64,000 nt of DNA from the UHGV virus genome UHGV-0240017; one strand, 5' to 3'. The translations under genes and the position numbers were made by a program. Of this stretch, positions 47,204-56,645 are shown one piece after another. This DNA comes from a virus. Each line of letters starts with the position of its first letter. Position 1 is the stretch's first letter. Below the pieces are notes generated by a model, which ran no database searches, was not told the origin of the DNA, and saw only the letters and a list, made by a program, of their open reading frames with translations.

Positions 47204-48692
47204 TCTCTGTTCCTCGCATGGTAATAATGGTCGAGTTCAGCACCGTCAATAACACACGGGCTTCTACGTTCGGAATCAGTTTATTAATGTCATCGATAAC
47301 GCTCGGAGGTAACACCGGCTTATCCCACCACCAATCAGGAACGTCCCATTTCGGGAACAACCATTCAATTAATACTTTCGCTGCCTGCGGATATAACTGT
47401 AATGGCCAGAGGTTCATTCCGCGCCAGTCAAACATGACCGATTCGGTTAAGTAATAACCCTTACTTACTTTCAGGTCACGACCTTTAAGCGAAAACGTAT
47501 TTCCTTCCCAATGGTAGAAACGCGGTTCGATAATCTGTCCCTCTTCAAACAACTCGATACGGAAAACACCCGTCTGTCCTGTCGGGTCAATCGCACGACA
47601 ATGTTCGATATACGGTAGCAACGCTTCGTTCCATTCGTAAGGTAAATCTTCCGTAGACATCACCTTCGGCGATAACATGTTGTCCGGTTCAAAAACAACA
47701 TCTGTACCGAAAATCGGTAAGAGTTTATCTTTCAACGGGGAATGTGTACGGTGGAACTGTTCTGTCGGTGACAGTAAATACGGTAAACGAATATACTGAC
47801 GGGTTTCGTTAATCCACCAGGTTGAATCGAGATTCTTCTGTTGTGGATGACGGTAAACTAACTCCTCGTTAGACACCCACGGTGGGTCTATCTCTGGCCA
47901 ATATTCATCAGGCAGCGGTGTCTGATTGATGATATACGGATACGAAACCACAATCTCTTCAGGGCGCTGATAAGAGAAACGGATAACGAACGTTGCTTCC
48001 CAGTGGTTTTCATCTTTATCCCAAGCCGGTGTTTGAACATCGTATACCGTTTCTAAACGCGTAGGTGCGTAACGTACCGCAATAGTTTCCTGACCGCCAG
48101 CAACATTAGCTGCGCGAAATACGTCGGGCGTAAAATACGCTTTCAAATAGGCTTTAAAATCGTCAAACGTTGATACTCGCGTTCCCGCAGCAACGTAGCA
48201 GGCATTCAACAATTTTAAAGCAGGTTTAGGGATATAATAGAACGCTTCTGACTCCGTCATAGTCGAATAACGACCCATGTCCACTAACGAGTCTAAACGG
48301 TTCGTCCAGCGCAATAACTCGTCACGTGAGGCACTGGTACGTCGTAACGTTACTGTTACGTTATACATCGTTCTAACGGGCCAGGCGCGTACCTGATCGA
48401 CACGGTTCTCAAAGAAGTACGGTTCAGCCTGCTGACCAACCTGACGGTTGATTCTTGCCCACTCATCACGTTCTTCTTCTACTTCAACGTAAACCTTTTC
48501 AGGTGAACTGTACTCTACTTCTGTACCGTCACCTAAAGTAGAATCCGGCTGATGGGCGCTATTGAATTCATCGAGGAAAACAACCGCTGCTGTATCAATA
48601 CCAGACTCATTAAGTACACGTTGTATAACGCCATCGATTATTGGTTTGCGAATGGTCGCGTCTAACGACGGAATTTCAAAATACTGTTGCAT
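47184..48692 (-). CDS. hypothetical protein (virion/morphogenesis candidate)
   Basis: 502-aa ORF. Confidence 0.55.
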   Translation of the reverse strand: MQQYFEIPSLDATIRKPIIDGVIQRVLNESGIDTAAVVFLDEFNSAHQPDSTLGDGTEVEYSSPEKVYVEVEEERDEWARINRQVGQQAEPYFFENRVDQVRAWPVRTMYNVTVTLRRTSASRDELLRWTNRLDSLVDMGRYSTMTESEAFYYIPKPALKLLNACYVAAGTRVSTFDDFKAYLKAYFTPDVFRAANVAGGQETIAVRYAPTRLETVYDVQTPAWDKDENHWEATFVIRFSYQRPEEIVVSYPYIINQTPLPDEYWPEIDPPWVSNEELVYRHPQQKNLDSTWWINETRQYIRLPYLLSPTEQFHRTHSPLKDKLLPIFGTDVVFEPDNMLSPKVMSTEDLPYEWNEALLPYIEHCRAIDPTGQTGVFRIELFEEGQIIEPRFYHWEGNTFSLKGRDLKVSKGYYLTESVMFDWRGMNLWPLQLYPQAAKVLIEWLFPKWDVPDWWWDKPVLPPSVIDDINKLIPNVEARVLLTVLNSTIITMRGTENAQSEA

Positions 48693-48732
48693 TGGCTTGT
48701 TCCTTCGTTATAGTCATATCACAGGCGCGAAA

Positions 48733-48770
48733 TGAAAAAAAAATAAAAGGGAACCGAAGTCCCCTTTTAC
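48733..48770 (-). terminator. hairpin terminator (UUCG loop, imperfect stem)
   Basis: aagggaac-cgaa-gtcccctttt with an upstream plus-strand A-run. Confidence 0.5.
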
Positions 48771-48781
48771 GGTTAAACTAC

Positions 48782-49078
48782 CTATAACAGATAAGGTATA
48801 CCTTCAAAGATAATCTCGTCGTTAGCGAAGCCAACAGACGCTTCCTCGCCCCCAGAGGTGGTTGCCCAAATCTCTGCCGCAAAACGCTGGTTGTTAATCA
48901 ACAGCCCACGGTTGTTTTCGAACAACACTATCAAGACCAACCTGACGCTTTTCTCTTGATGTAAACGGCGTATAAACGCGTGTTTTACAGGGGAAGGACA
49001 CCAGGTGAAGCGTGCTATTTTCCCTTTCGCAACTCTACCTAAAAAGAGCTTTTCTAAGGTTACAAACTCAGTGCCCAT
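48782..49078 (-). CDS. hypothetical protein
   Basis: ORF track 48782..49114; start probably the internal Met (MGTEF...) just after the DHFR stop. Confidence 0.4.
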   Translation of the reverse strand: MGTEFVTLEKLFLGRVAKGKIARFTWCPSPVKHAFIRRLHQEKSVRLVLIVLFENNRGLLINNQRFAAEIWATTSGGEEASVGFANDEIIFEGIPYLL

Positions 49079-49604
49079 CTCTTTTCCAAATCTGATAATG
49101 CCAACGCGGAACATCGCTATCCGGTTTGGAAGCGTGCGTTAAGTTATAAACCAGTCTAAAGTTGTTACGATCGATTTCAGGAAAGAACGCATCTGCACCA
49201 TCAACTTTAACTTCTACGCGTGACAAGTAAATCTTATCCGCATAAGGTAACGCCTGATGGTAAATTTCTGCGCCGCCGATAATAAAGATTTCCTTAGGAT
49301 AACCCTTTTTCTCAACCTCGGTTTTGAGGAATTCAATAATCGAACCCATTTCACCCTTAAGGTTAAGCACCCCATCGATTTCGGGCACACCACCAGGTCT
49401 TCTCGTTAACACGACATGGTGGCGATTTGGTAGGGGTTTATACCCTAACGATTCCCATGTCTTGCTTCCTATCACGATAACTTTACCTGATGTAAGTGCC
49501 TTAAAATTCTTTAAGTCATCGGGAATACGCCACGGCAGTTTATTGTCTTTCCCGATTTCGTTATTCAATCCAGCGGCAGCTATCATCGAAACTGTAATTG
49601 TCAT
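49068..49604 (-). CDS. folA: dihydrofolate reductase
   Basis: True start at MTITVSMIAAAG (GGAG RBS 8 nt upstream); DHFR signatures IGKDNKLPW, VIGSKTWESL, IFIIGGAEIY; about 178 aa. The ORF-track N-terminal extension is spurious. Confidence 0.9.
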   Translation of the reverse strand: MTITVSMIAAAGLNNEIGKDNKLPWRIPDDLKNFKALTSGKVIVIGSKTWESLGYKPLPNRHHVVLTRRPGGVPEIDGVLNLKGEMGSIIEFLKTEVEKKGYPKEIFIIGGAEIYHQALPYADKIYLSRVEVKVDGADAFFPEIDRNNFRLVYNLTHASKPDSDVPRWHYQIWKRDGH

Positions 49605-49906
49605 TTCTTTATCTCCAGTGAGCCTCTTAAATGGCGTATAAAATCTTTTCGGGTATACCGGCTCGTTTTGTACTGATCGGCCAAATGGTAAACGGTAATA
49701 TACCGCCCTTTGGCTTCCATATGCAAATGCGTTATATTGCCATCGTTCGTAGGGAGTGGTCTGATCAGTGGAATCATCAAATCCCCATTCCAACCAGGTT
49801 CATTAAGTCTCGGTATCAGTAATCGAATGTCTAACCGTTTTACGCAGTACACCACATTACTTTCCGGCAACTTAACAACACATATCGCATCGGCTTTGAG
49901 TTTCAT
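49601..49906 (-). CDS. hypothetical protein
   Basis: 101-aa ORF; 4-nt overlap with the DHFR start. Confidence 0.45.
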   Translation of the reverse strand: MKLKADAICVVKLPESNVVYCVKRLDIRLLIPRLNEPGWNGDLMIPLIRPLPTNDGNITHLHMEAKGRYITVYHLADQYKTSRYTRKDFIRHLRGSLEIKK

Positions 49907-49907
49907 T

Positions 49908-50459
49908 TTAACCTTCCTGGTATTGTCTAATTCCGTAATCAGGTAGAATGTTTTCTACTGTGGCTTTCGGTACAACTGAAAGCTGATTGTATAAATTCAA
50001 CAAATCCTCGCGCAGTAACTTCTGCTCGATATCAAGTTTATAACAAGCCAGTTCTTTTTCTAGCGGTTTAAGTAATACAACGCGGGTTTGAAAACCGTCA
50101 ATAGGCTCAGGAACACGATAACTGCGGCGACGGTAGAAAGTTTCCAGCTTCGAATAATCACGGATGTACGTTTTCGTCAGTGTAGAATAACCTGCGTCTA
50201 ACATAAACTTGTAGAACGGGCGTAAAGCGATGAAACGATTATATTCCAGGTGTTCTGGAATATAGAATTCGTAATTGTTGTAAGTGAGCGTGGAGAGTTG
50301 AGAACCATTACAATGTGCACAGTTAATAAAAATAGCCAGTCCAATCATTACCGGACGTGGGACGATAAGGGTTTTATCGCCAAACTGAATACGAAAGATT
50401 TCCTGCTGTAAACTGGTTTCAGATACGACTTCAGCGTCTAAAATATTAAATTTGTTCAT
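49908..50459 (-). CDS. hypothetical protein
   Basis: 183-aa ORF. Confidence 0.5.
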   Translation of the reverse strand: MNKFNILDAEVVSETSLQQEIFRIQFGDKTLIVPRPVMIGLAIFINCAHCNGSQLSTLTYNNYEFYIPEHLEYNRFIALRPFYKFMLDAGYSTLTKTYIRDYSKLETFYRRRSYRVPEPIDGFQTRVVLLKPLEKELACYKLDIEQKLLREDLLNLYNQLSVVPKATVENILPDYGIRQYQEG

Positions 50460-50476
50460 TTCTATTCTCCTAAAGG

Positions 50477-50507
50477 TCGAAAAAATAAAACCCTCCGTAG
50501 AGGGTTT
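50477..50507 (-). terminator. intrinsic terminator
   Basis: aaaccctc-cgta-gagggttt hairpin flanked by A-run and T-run. Confidence 0.65.
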
Positions 50508-50513
50508 TTTATC

Positions 50514-51155
50514 TCATAAATCTTCAAAGAAAGTAACAACTGCTTCCGAAAGACTAATTTCGAATAGTCCGAAGGTGTTCTCATCTTCGTATTCTTTACT
50601 AGCTATTAGGGGTAATAATTTAAAACAATCGAAAGCCCCATCAGTAACTTTCAACACACGTGGGATTCTTTTCATCCCTTCTATAAGTTCTGACACCGTT
50701 TCCATAACAGCTTCCGCCGATTTTTCAACGGTTTCATACACAGCTTCGTTTTCTGTTGGTGCGATTAAGTGAAAGAAACAAACTGAATCGTACATCCCAT
50801 TTTCTTTTTCACGCAATGCTACGTGACTATCAAGAAACGCATGGTACGTTACTCCGTCATATTCGGCACATCCGATGTCGCGAGTTTTATGCTTGCCGTT
50901 CAGTTCTTTAGCAATGCTGTCCAGTTTATCTTGGGTTATGTCTTTGAAAACAAACTCACGTGTACCAACTAATAAGCCACCCTTCGCTTGGTCTTTAGGT
51001 TTCTTACCAGAAAGTAAGCGCAACCAGGTAGAAATAGAAATCAGTTCTACCGGATTTAAAGTAACAACTTTACTATTCGGTGCCACCATCGTAACAACAC
51101 CTTTATCCGTAGACACAACACCATCAACAAAATCAGTTAAATTAATGCGGCTCAT
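50514..51155 (-). CDS. hypothetical protein
   Basis: ORF track 50514..51182; start set to MSRINL at 51155 (AGGAG RBS 8 nt upstream), ~50 nt downstream of the promoter-like motif. Confidence 0.5.
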   Translation of the reverse strand: MSRINLTDFVDGVVSTDKGVVTMVAPNSKVVTLNPVELISISTWLRLLSGKKPKDQAKGGLLVGTREFVFKDITQDKLDSIAKELNGKHKTRDIGCAEYDGVTYHAFLDSHVALREKENGMYDSVCFFHLIAPTENEAVYETVEKSAEAVMETVSELIEGMKRIPRVLKVTDGAFDCFKLLPLIASKEYEDENTFGLFEISLSEAVVTFFEDL

Positions 51156-51205
51156 GATATTTCTCCTAAACGTAATAAACAAGTCGTAAAGAGATTACTG
51201 TGTAA

Positions 51206-51233
51206 TCTCACCTAGGTAATATATATCTGAAAA
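51206..51233 (-). promoter_or_regulatory. conserved promoter-like motif (coding strand TCAGATATATATTACCTAGGTGAGA) plus hairpin
   Basis: Near-identical to the copies at 15795 and 42950; followed by inverted repeat gagattac-tgt-gtaatctc. Confidence 0.55.
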
Positions 51234-51245
51234 TTATTTTAATCG

Positions 51246-51293
51246 AAAAAAAAAAGAAAAGAGAGAACCACCCCATTACAGGGTGGTTCTCTT
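51246..51293 (-). terminator. intrinsic terminator
   Basis: gagagaaccacc-ccattaca-gggtggttctc preceded on the plus strand by an A-run. Confidence 0.7.
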
Positions 51294-51309
51294 ACTAAAC
51301 AATCAGGGA

Positions 51310-52575
51310 TTATTTAGATTTTTCGTAAGCGCCGATACCGGCACTCAGGTAACCGTTCAGACCACCGGCCAGGTGTTTCTGAGTAGAAGCAATAACCTTC
51401 TCACCCAGAGACAGACCCTGGTTAACGCTGGTGATGAAACGACGGGCAGCACGTACACCTTCGGTCAGTTCCGGTTTTTCGTCGATCTTAACTTTATCGA
51501 CTTCTTTCAGGAGCTTATCGATATTATCTTCAAAGGTTTTACGCGCGCTTTCGACTTTACGATAATCCTGAACGTTTTTCTCAATCTGTTTACCCACTTC
51601 GTTGAAGAGGGCATTAATTTTGGCCAGTTCGCCAACAGACGGAGTTTTCACGCTAGTTTCAACGCTGTTTTCAGCTTCAACAAAGGTGGAGCTGAAGCCG
51701 CCTTCGTTGTCATACTCGGTTTTCACCGCCATGTTACCGAGCTTGAAGTTTTGGAGACTGTCTTGTTTGGACAGTTCGGTAAAGTCGGCTTTCAGTTTTT
51801 CAACTTTAACACCATTACCTTTGGTAACATCGGAAACCACTTCAGCAGCTTTAGCGGCCATGGCAGGCATCTTAGCGCTATAGAACGAGGAGACCTGGTT
51901 AAGGATACCTTTCAGTTTCGGAATATTATCGCCGACGAACTTGCCGTCGATAGACAGAGACTTGATAAAGCCACCAGAGATCTCATCTTTCTTCTGTTTG
52001 CCCAGCTTACGAATAACTTCATCGTATTTCTTAGCACGCGCCTGAATAGATTTACCCTGGTTGTGGAATTTCAGCCAGCGATCTTTCAGTTTGCGGCCTT
52101 GTTCTTTCAGCCAATCGAGAATACGGCCCAGGAAGGCTTTGATGTCTTCCCACAGGGATTCACGAGCAACCTGACGACGGTTACGAGAACCGTAGGATTC
52201 GTGAGCAACAGAAGAACGGTGTTCGAAGTTCCAACGAGAACGGATAGATTCCTGAGCAACGTCCAGCGCAGTCGCAGCGTCGTCCGGCATATCTTCTTCG
52301 GCGTCCATCGGTTCTTCACCGTCTTCGCCAGCACCTTCACCGTCAGCAGCAGCCTGAGCTTCATCCAGAACATCCAGCTGAGCGTCAGTTTCGTCGCCGT
52401 CTTCTGCCAGCAGTTCAGCGTCAGCGTCCAGAGCTTCGATCGGTTTGGTGTCATGCTCGATATCGGCCAGAGTGCCTTCTACGGATTCTGCTGGCAGTTC
52501 GATGCCGTCTGGAACTACAGTAGAAGTAGACTCCATAGACTCACGAGCAATTTTGTTTTTGTAGAAATTCGCCAT
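51310..52575 (-). CDS. acidic head/inner-body-type protein candidate, paralog 1
   Basis: Start set to MANFYKNKIARESMES to match the paralog; repeated A-x-E motifs (ARES, AHES, AQES); C-terminus GLNGYLSAGIGAYEKSK; strong codon bias. Confidence 0.5.
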   Translation of the reverse strand: MANFYKNKIARESMESTSTVVPDGIELPAESVEGTLADIEHDTKPIEALDADAELLAEDGDETDAQLDVLDEAQAAADGEGAGEDGEEPMDAEEDMPDDAATALDVAQESIRSRWNFEHRSSVAHESYGSRNRRQVARESLWEDIKAFLGRILDWLKEQGRKLKDRWLKFHNQGKSIQARAKKYDEVIRKLGKQKKDEISGGFIKSLSIDGKFVGDNIPKLKGILNQVSSFYSAKMPAMAAKAAEVVSDVTKGNGVKVEKLKADFTELSKQDSLQNFKLGNMAVKTEYDNEGGFSSTFVEAENSVETSVKTPSVGELAKINALFNEVGKQIEKNVQDYRKVESARKTFEDNIDKLLKEVDKVKIDEKPELTEGVRAARRFITSVNQGLSLGEKVIASTQKHLAGGLNGYLSAGIGAYEKSK

Positions 52576-52657
52576 TTTAAGCTTTTCCTCTAAGGGGAAC
52601 AATACGTTCCCCTGATGATTTATTTCAAGAACTGTACGGAACTACGAATCTAAATGA

Positions 52658-53929
52658 TTATTTAGATTTTTCGTAAGCACCGATACCAGCACCCAGGTAG
52701 CCATTCAGACCGCTAATAACGGTGTTAGCAACATAGCTAACTGCGCGGTTCAGGGTCTGGTAGTTCTTAACAGACCAATCGGCAGCTTGACGTGCGTTAC
52801 GCAGGCCATCCCACTTGCTATCGTCTTTTTCGTTGTTCAGCGCCTTAGCAGCATTCTCAGCAGCCTGTTGCAGCTTCACGATTTCAGAATCGTAAGCACG
52901 GAAATCTTTCAGTACGGCTTCGAAGCCTTTACCGATTGCTTCCAGAGCAGAAGCAGCACCAGCCATTTCAGAAACAGACGGAGTTTTCACGTCTTTATCG
53001 TCAGAAGCGTCACCGGTGCTCATGAAAGCAATTGCGGTGAACTTGTGGCCGCCAGCCAGTTCTTTAGTACCAGCCTGAATGTATGCGTTGCCTGGCAGTG
53101 CCAGCAGTTTAGACGCATCGCCTTTTTCAAAATTCGGCAGAGAATGCAGTTTAGACGCTGCTTTACCGAACAGGTCTACAGGCTGATCGCCGCGCATTGC
53201 TTTGAAGGAATCGTCGTCACCCTTGCTCACAGCAGTTACAGCTTCACCGGCCTGTTTTTCCAGAGCACTGATGGAACCTTTAGCTTTACCAGCAGTAACT
53301 TCTTTCGCAATAGCGATAGAGCCAGCAGCATCGAATTTACCTTCGATAGACAGCTTGGTGATAAACCCGCCAGAGATTTCATCTTTCTTCTGTTTGCCCA
53401 GCTTACGCAGCATTTCCTGATATTTCTTCGCACGTTTCTGCGCGGTCTTACCGACGTTGAAATATTTCAGTTTCAGGTCTTTGATCTTCGCAATCACTTC
53501 TTTACAGAACTGAATGAAACGATCGTAAAGATCTTTCAGGGTTTCTTTCCAACCTTCCTGGGCAGCAGCAGTCATACCACGGCCACGACGATAGGATTCG
53601 CGAGCCAGTTTAGTACGTTCCAGGCACCAACGACGTGCGATGGATTCCTGTGCCACTTCGTGCAGGGCAACCGCTTCTTCCGGCATTTCTTCACCGTTAG
53701 CAACGGCTTCTTCCGCCTGTTCGATAGCGTCTTCAGTACGCTCGGTATCGGCAGCCAGGGTTTCACCGTCGGTTTCCAGCTGATCGAGCTGACCGTCGAT
53801 AGATGCTACGTCCGCAAGTTGGACGTCCAGGTTCTCTTCTGCCGGTTCAACGTTGCTGATACCGTCGATTACTTCATCGGCCGCTTCCATCGATTCACGA
53901 GCGGCGCGAGTTTTTGCGAAATTTGCCAT
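52658..53929 (-). CDS. acidic head/inner-body-type protein candidate, paralog 2
   Basis: MANFAKTRAARESMEA...; shared blocks RKLGKQKKDEISGGFI and GLNGYLGAGIGAYEKSK; last ~50 nt nearly identical to paralog 1. Confidence 0.5.
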   Translation of the reverse strand: MANFAKTRAARESMEAADEVIDGISNVEPAEENLDVQLADVASIDGQLDQLETDGETLAADTERTEDAIEQAEEAVANGEEMPEEAVALHEVAQESIARRWCLERTKLARESYRRGRGMTAAAQEGWKETLKDLYDRFIQFCKEVIAKIKDLKLKYFNVGKTAQKRAKKYQEMLRKLGKQKKDEISGGFITKLSIEGKFDAAGSIAIAKEVTAGKAKGSISALEKQAGEAVTAVSKGDDDSFKAMRGDQPVDLFGKAASKLHSLPNFEKGDASKLLALPGNAYIQAGTKELAGGHKFTAIAFMSTGDASDDKDVKTPSVSEMAGAASALEAIGKGFEAVLKDFRAYDSEIVKLQQAAENAAKALNNEKDDSKWDGLRNARQAADWSVKNYQTLNRAVSYVANTVISGLNGYLGAGIGAYEKSK

Positions 53930-53988
53930 TTCGTTTATTTCCTTTGGTTATATAACCCAATTACACGCCCCTAGAATGAGGGGCCCCC

Positions 53989-54549
53989 TTAGGGACGTGC
54001 GATTTTCAAAAACACTGCTAACGACGAGATCATGTCGGACAACCCGTTCGGGCGCGTCATCCAGCGTGCCAGCAGTTCATGGTCTGCATAAGATAAAAGA
54101 CGTTTGCTACACTCAACAGATTGGTGAGCAGAGCCCATATTACGTACAGTACCTCGGCGACCAAACGCAGCAGCTAATAGACGCGAGCCTAATGCACCCG
54201 TCTGTTCAACATTCTTCGTGTTACGAACATCGTTCATATACGACGACAGCAAAGTCGACCACTGCCCTAACGTCACATTACGTCGCTTACCATCCAGCAA
54301 GAAATCTACACTTTCGTTATAAAACGTATTAAAGGTAAATCCGACCTGCGGATATTCGTCATATAATACCTGCTGCAATGAGTCAGCAGCCATCAGACGA
54401 AAATACGGTAAAACAACGGCAGCGGCTTCCAGCGTTTTGTGAATAACTTCGTCATCGTGTGTGTCGATTGGGTTTTTCGATAAAATCGACATGTAGGATT
54501 TAATGCGCTCTACAGCAACATTAAATTCTGGACTATCGTGCTCAAACAT
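53989..54549 (-). CDS. hypothetical protein
   Basis: 186-aa ORF. Confidence 0.5.
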   Translation of the reverse strand: MFEHDSPEFNVAVERIKSYMSILSKNPIDTHDDEVIHKTLEAAAVVLPYFRLMAADSLQQVLYDEYPQVGFTFNTFYNESVDFLLDGKRRNVTLGQWSTLLSSYMNDVRNTKNVEQTGALGSRLLAAAFGRRGTVRNMGSAHQSVECSKRLLSYADHELLARWMTRPNGLSDMISSLAVFLKIARP

Positions 54550-54566
54550 TCGCCTCTCCTAACGGT

Positions 54567-55502
54567 TTACGCTAAACCGTATTTCTTTTCAAGACGCTCA
54601 CGCTTGTGCTTGAGTTCCATCAGATGCTTTTCACTGATTTCAATCAGTTTCTCAATGTGGGCATCACCCTTACCTTCTGCGACTTGCTTTTTGTAAAGCA
54701 AGATACGCAGTTCCGCCGCTTTCGCCGCTTCTACACACTCGTCGTACTTATCCATCTGCCGTTCAGCGATATTCAAACGTACGCGCAATATCAGCGAGAT
54801 TGGGAACGGTACACTACTCATTCCCAGTGGGTCAACGGAGCTCGAACCGAACTGTTGCGCCAACTCACCGTAAGTTTCGTCGTTAAAGATCGCTTCAGGA
54901 ATTTCCGCATAATCCGCTTTCAGTTTATTCAGCGGCGTTGCCAGCACACGGACAGCAATGCAGTAAGAAATAGAACGAGTATTGAGGTATTGAAGGTCAT
55001 TCGGACCGACGCCTTTTACTTCAATATTCGAGCCTTCTACGGCGGCTATTTCTTCTGCGGTTACGTAGTTAAGTAAGGTGGCACTGTAGCCTGTAAAGAA
55101 GTCAATCAGGTCAAGCAGTCTGAGCACCGTTAATTTATTAAACGTCATTGAAGACGTGACTAACGCTTTACCAATGTCACGCGTAATACATTGGTCTAAG
55201 AAAGAACGCAATTGTAGCGTGTTTTCCATCGAGGCAACGATGTATTCCAGCATCGAAGGATTACGGAGACCTTTGGCTTCCAGACCGGAATTCCGCAGGT
55301 ACTTAACCAAATCATCCGACATGTCCTGCACCGTTTTCGATTTAAACGGCTTGCCTTCTTTCGACGCTACCAGCTCTTGCAGAGACTGGAAACGTGGTAA
55401 AAGTTGTTCACCAATCGCATCACAGTTTGATGAGAGTTGGTTTTTCAAGTTTGTTGCTTCAAAGCTCGGCAACAACATAGCGAGCATATTCGGGATTGCC
55501 AT
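54567..55502 (-). CDS. hypothetical protein
   Basis: 311-aa ORF. Confidence 0.55.
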   Translation of the reverse strand: MAIPNMLAMLLPSFEATNLKNQLSSNCDAIGEQLLPRFQSLQELVASKEGKPFKSKTVQDMSDDLVKYLRNSGLEAKGLRNPSMLEYIVASMENTLQLRSFLDQCITRDIGKALVTSSMTFNKLTVLRLLDLIDFFTGYSATLLNYVTAEEIAAVEGSNIEVKGVGPNDLQYLNTRSISYCIAVRVLATPLNKLKADYAEIPEAIFNDETYGELAQQFGSSSVDPLGMSSVPFPISLILRVRLNIAERQMDKYDECVEAAKAAELRILLYKKQVAEGKGDAHIEKLIEISEKHLMELKHKRERLEKKYGLA

Positions 55503-55512
55503 GCCTTACCCC

Positions 55513-56619
55513 TTAAAGAACTGGCTGAGCGCCAGAGCGATACGCTTCGATGATTTTATTCACATCGGCGCTACCAGACTTCGATTTACTAAAGTCAGAT
55601 TTATCGAGTTCCTGAGAGCCATTCTGACCACGGGTATAAATAGTGACACGATTCCAGGTGGTGTCCACAACAACATAGTAGACAGTCAAGGTGTCTTTGA
55701 ACACACGCTGACGGATATTGAAATCGTCAAATTCGCCACCTAGCTGTGCGGTCAAACCGTCGATAGTGTCTTGAGAAACCACCATAACGGAAGAAGCGTT
55801 ATTGATAGACGGTGCCAAAGACAGCAGACCAGACAGCCAGTTACCGTTCTTCTTCTCCATCATCTTACGGTAATAACCGGACTTATCACGATAACGGTTC
55901 TTACGATATTCTTCTACCAGGTCGTTACAGAACGCAATGTCTTTTACGTAACCCAACGCACCAACGCGCGCACGCAGCCAACGTTCCCAGAATGTTTTCG
56001 TCTGGTCACTGAACGCAATCAGCGTTTCAATTTGTTCGGTCGGTAAGGATTTCACATCCAAACGTAGGCGCATTGGGAGTTCGACTTTATTACCGTCACG
56101 TTCGAATGTTACTGAGAACATCTTCCCGTTGGACAACCCTTCTTGATCGAAAAGCTGTTTAATCGGATCACCTTTCCCGCCACTGACCGAACCTTTTGAT
56201 TCCTGAGCAACACGACGAGCAGATTCACCGACCGCAATGCCGATTTTATCGTATGACGGTAAACCATAACGGGCAGACTCGCCGACCGCAAGCGCTGCTA
56301 AGCGGGAACCGCTGCGGACTGCATTATCGAGCGCACTACGACGTGTGCTGACCTGATCCAGTGTACCGATAATATCGACATCCGGTACACCAGTTAACAG
56401 GGAGATAGCCGTTAATTGGTTTCCTGCCAGCAAAATTTGGATTTTCTCCAGAATTCCCGGAAGGTAATCTAAACCCAGCAGGCTTTGTTCGACTAAGGTA
56501 ATGTGCTCGTTATAGAGCACTGAGTTAAATTCCTCCATCGACTCCGCACGCGAACGAAACAGCATGGGAAGTCTGGAGAGGAAAGAGACAACGCTTGTCT
56601 CAAACGTTTTTTCTAACAT
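55513..56619 (-). CDS. hypothetical protein (virion protein candidate)
   Basis: 368 aa; repeated GESAR and an AQES site. Confidence 0.55.
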   Translation of the reverse strand: MLEKTFETSVVSFLSRLPMLFRSRAESMEEFNSVLYNEHITLVEQSLLGLDYLPGILEKIQILLAGNQLTAISLLTGVPDVDIIGTLDQVSTRRSALDNAVRSGSRLAALAVGESARYGLPSYDKIGIAVGESARRVAQESKGSVSGGKGDPIKQLFDQEGLSNGKMFSVTFERDGNKVELPMRLRLDVKSLPTEQIETLIAFSDQTKTFWERWLRARVGALGYVKDIAFCNDLVEEYRKNRYRDKSGYYRKMMEKKNGNWLSGLLSLAPSINNASSVMVVSQDTIDGLTAQLGGEFDDFNIRQRVFKDTLTVYYVVVDTTWNRVTIYTRGQNGSQELDKSDFSKSKSGSADVNKIIEAYRSGAQPVL

Positions 56620-56645
56620 TTTCCTAATGAACTCCGGAGTTAAAG

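Noticed and set aside
51283-53974. 436-aa and 395-aa plus-strand ORFs (51283..52593, 52787..53974)
   Set aside because: Antisense to the two highly expressed paralogous genes; Phe/Val/Ser-rich low-complexity translations. Codon-bias artefacts.
54606-55743. Plus-strand ORFs 54606..55076 and 55156..55743
   Set aside because: Antisense to longer minus-strand genes in a uniformly minus-strand operon; no RBS or terminator support.
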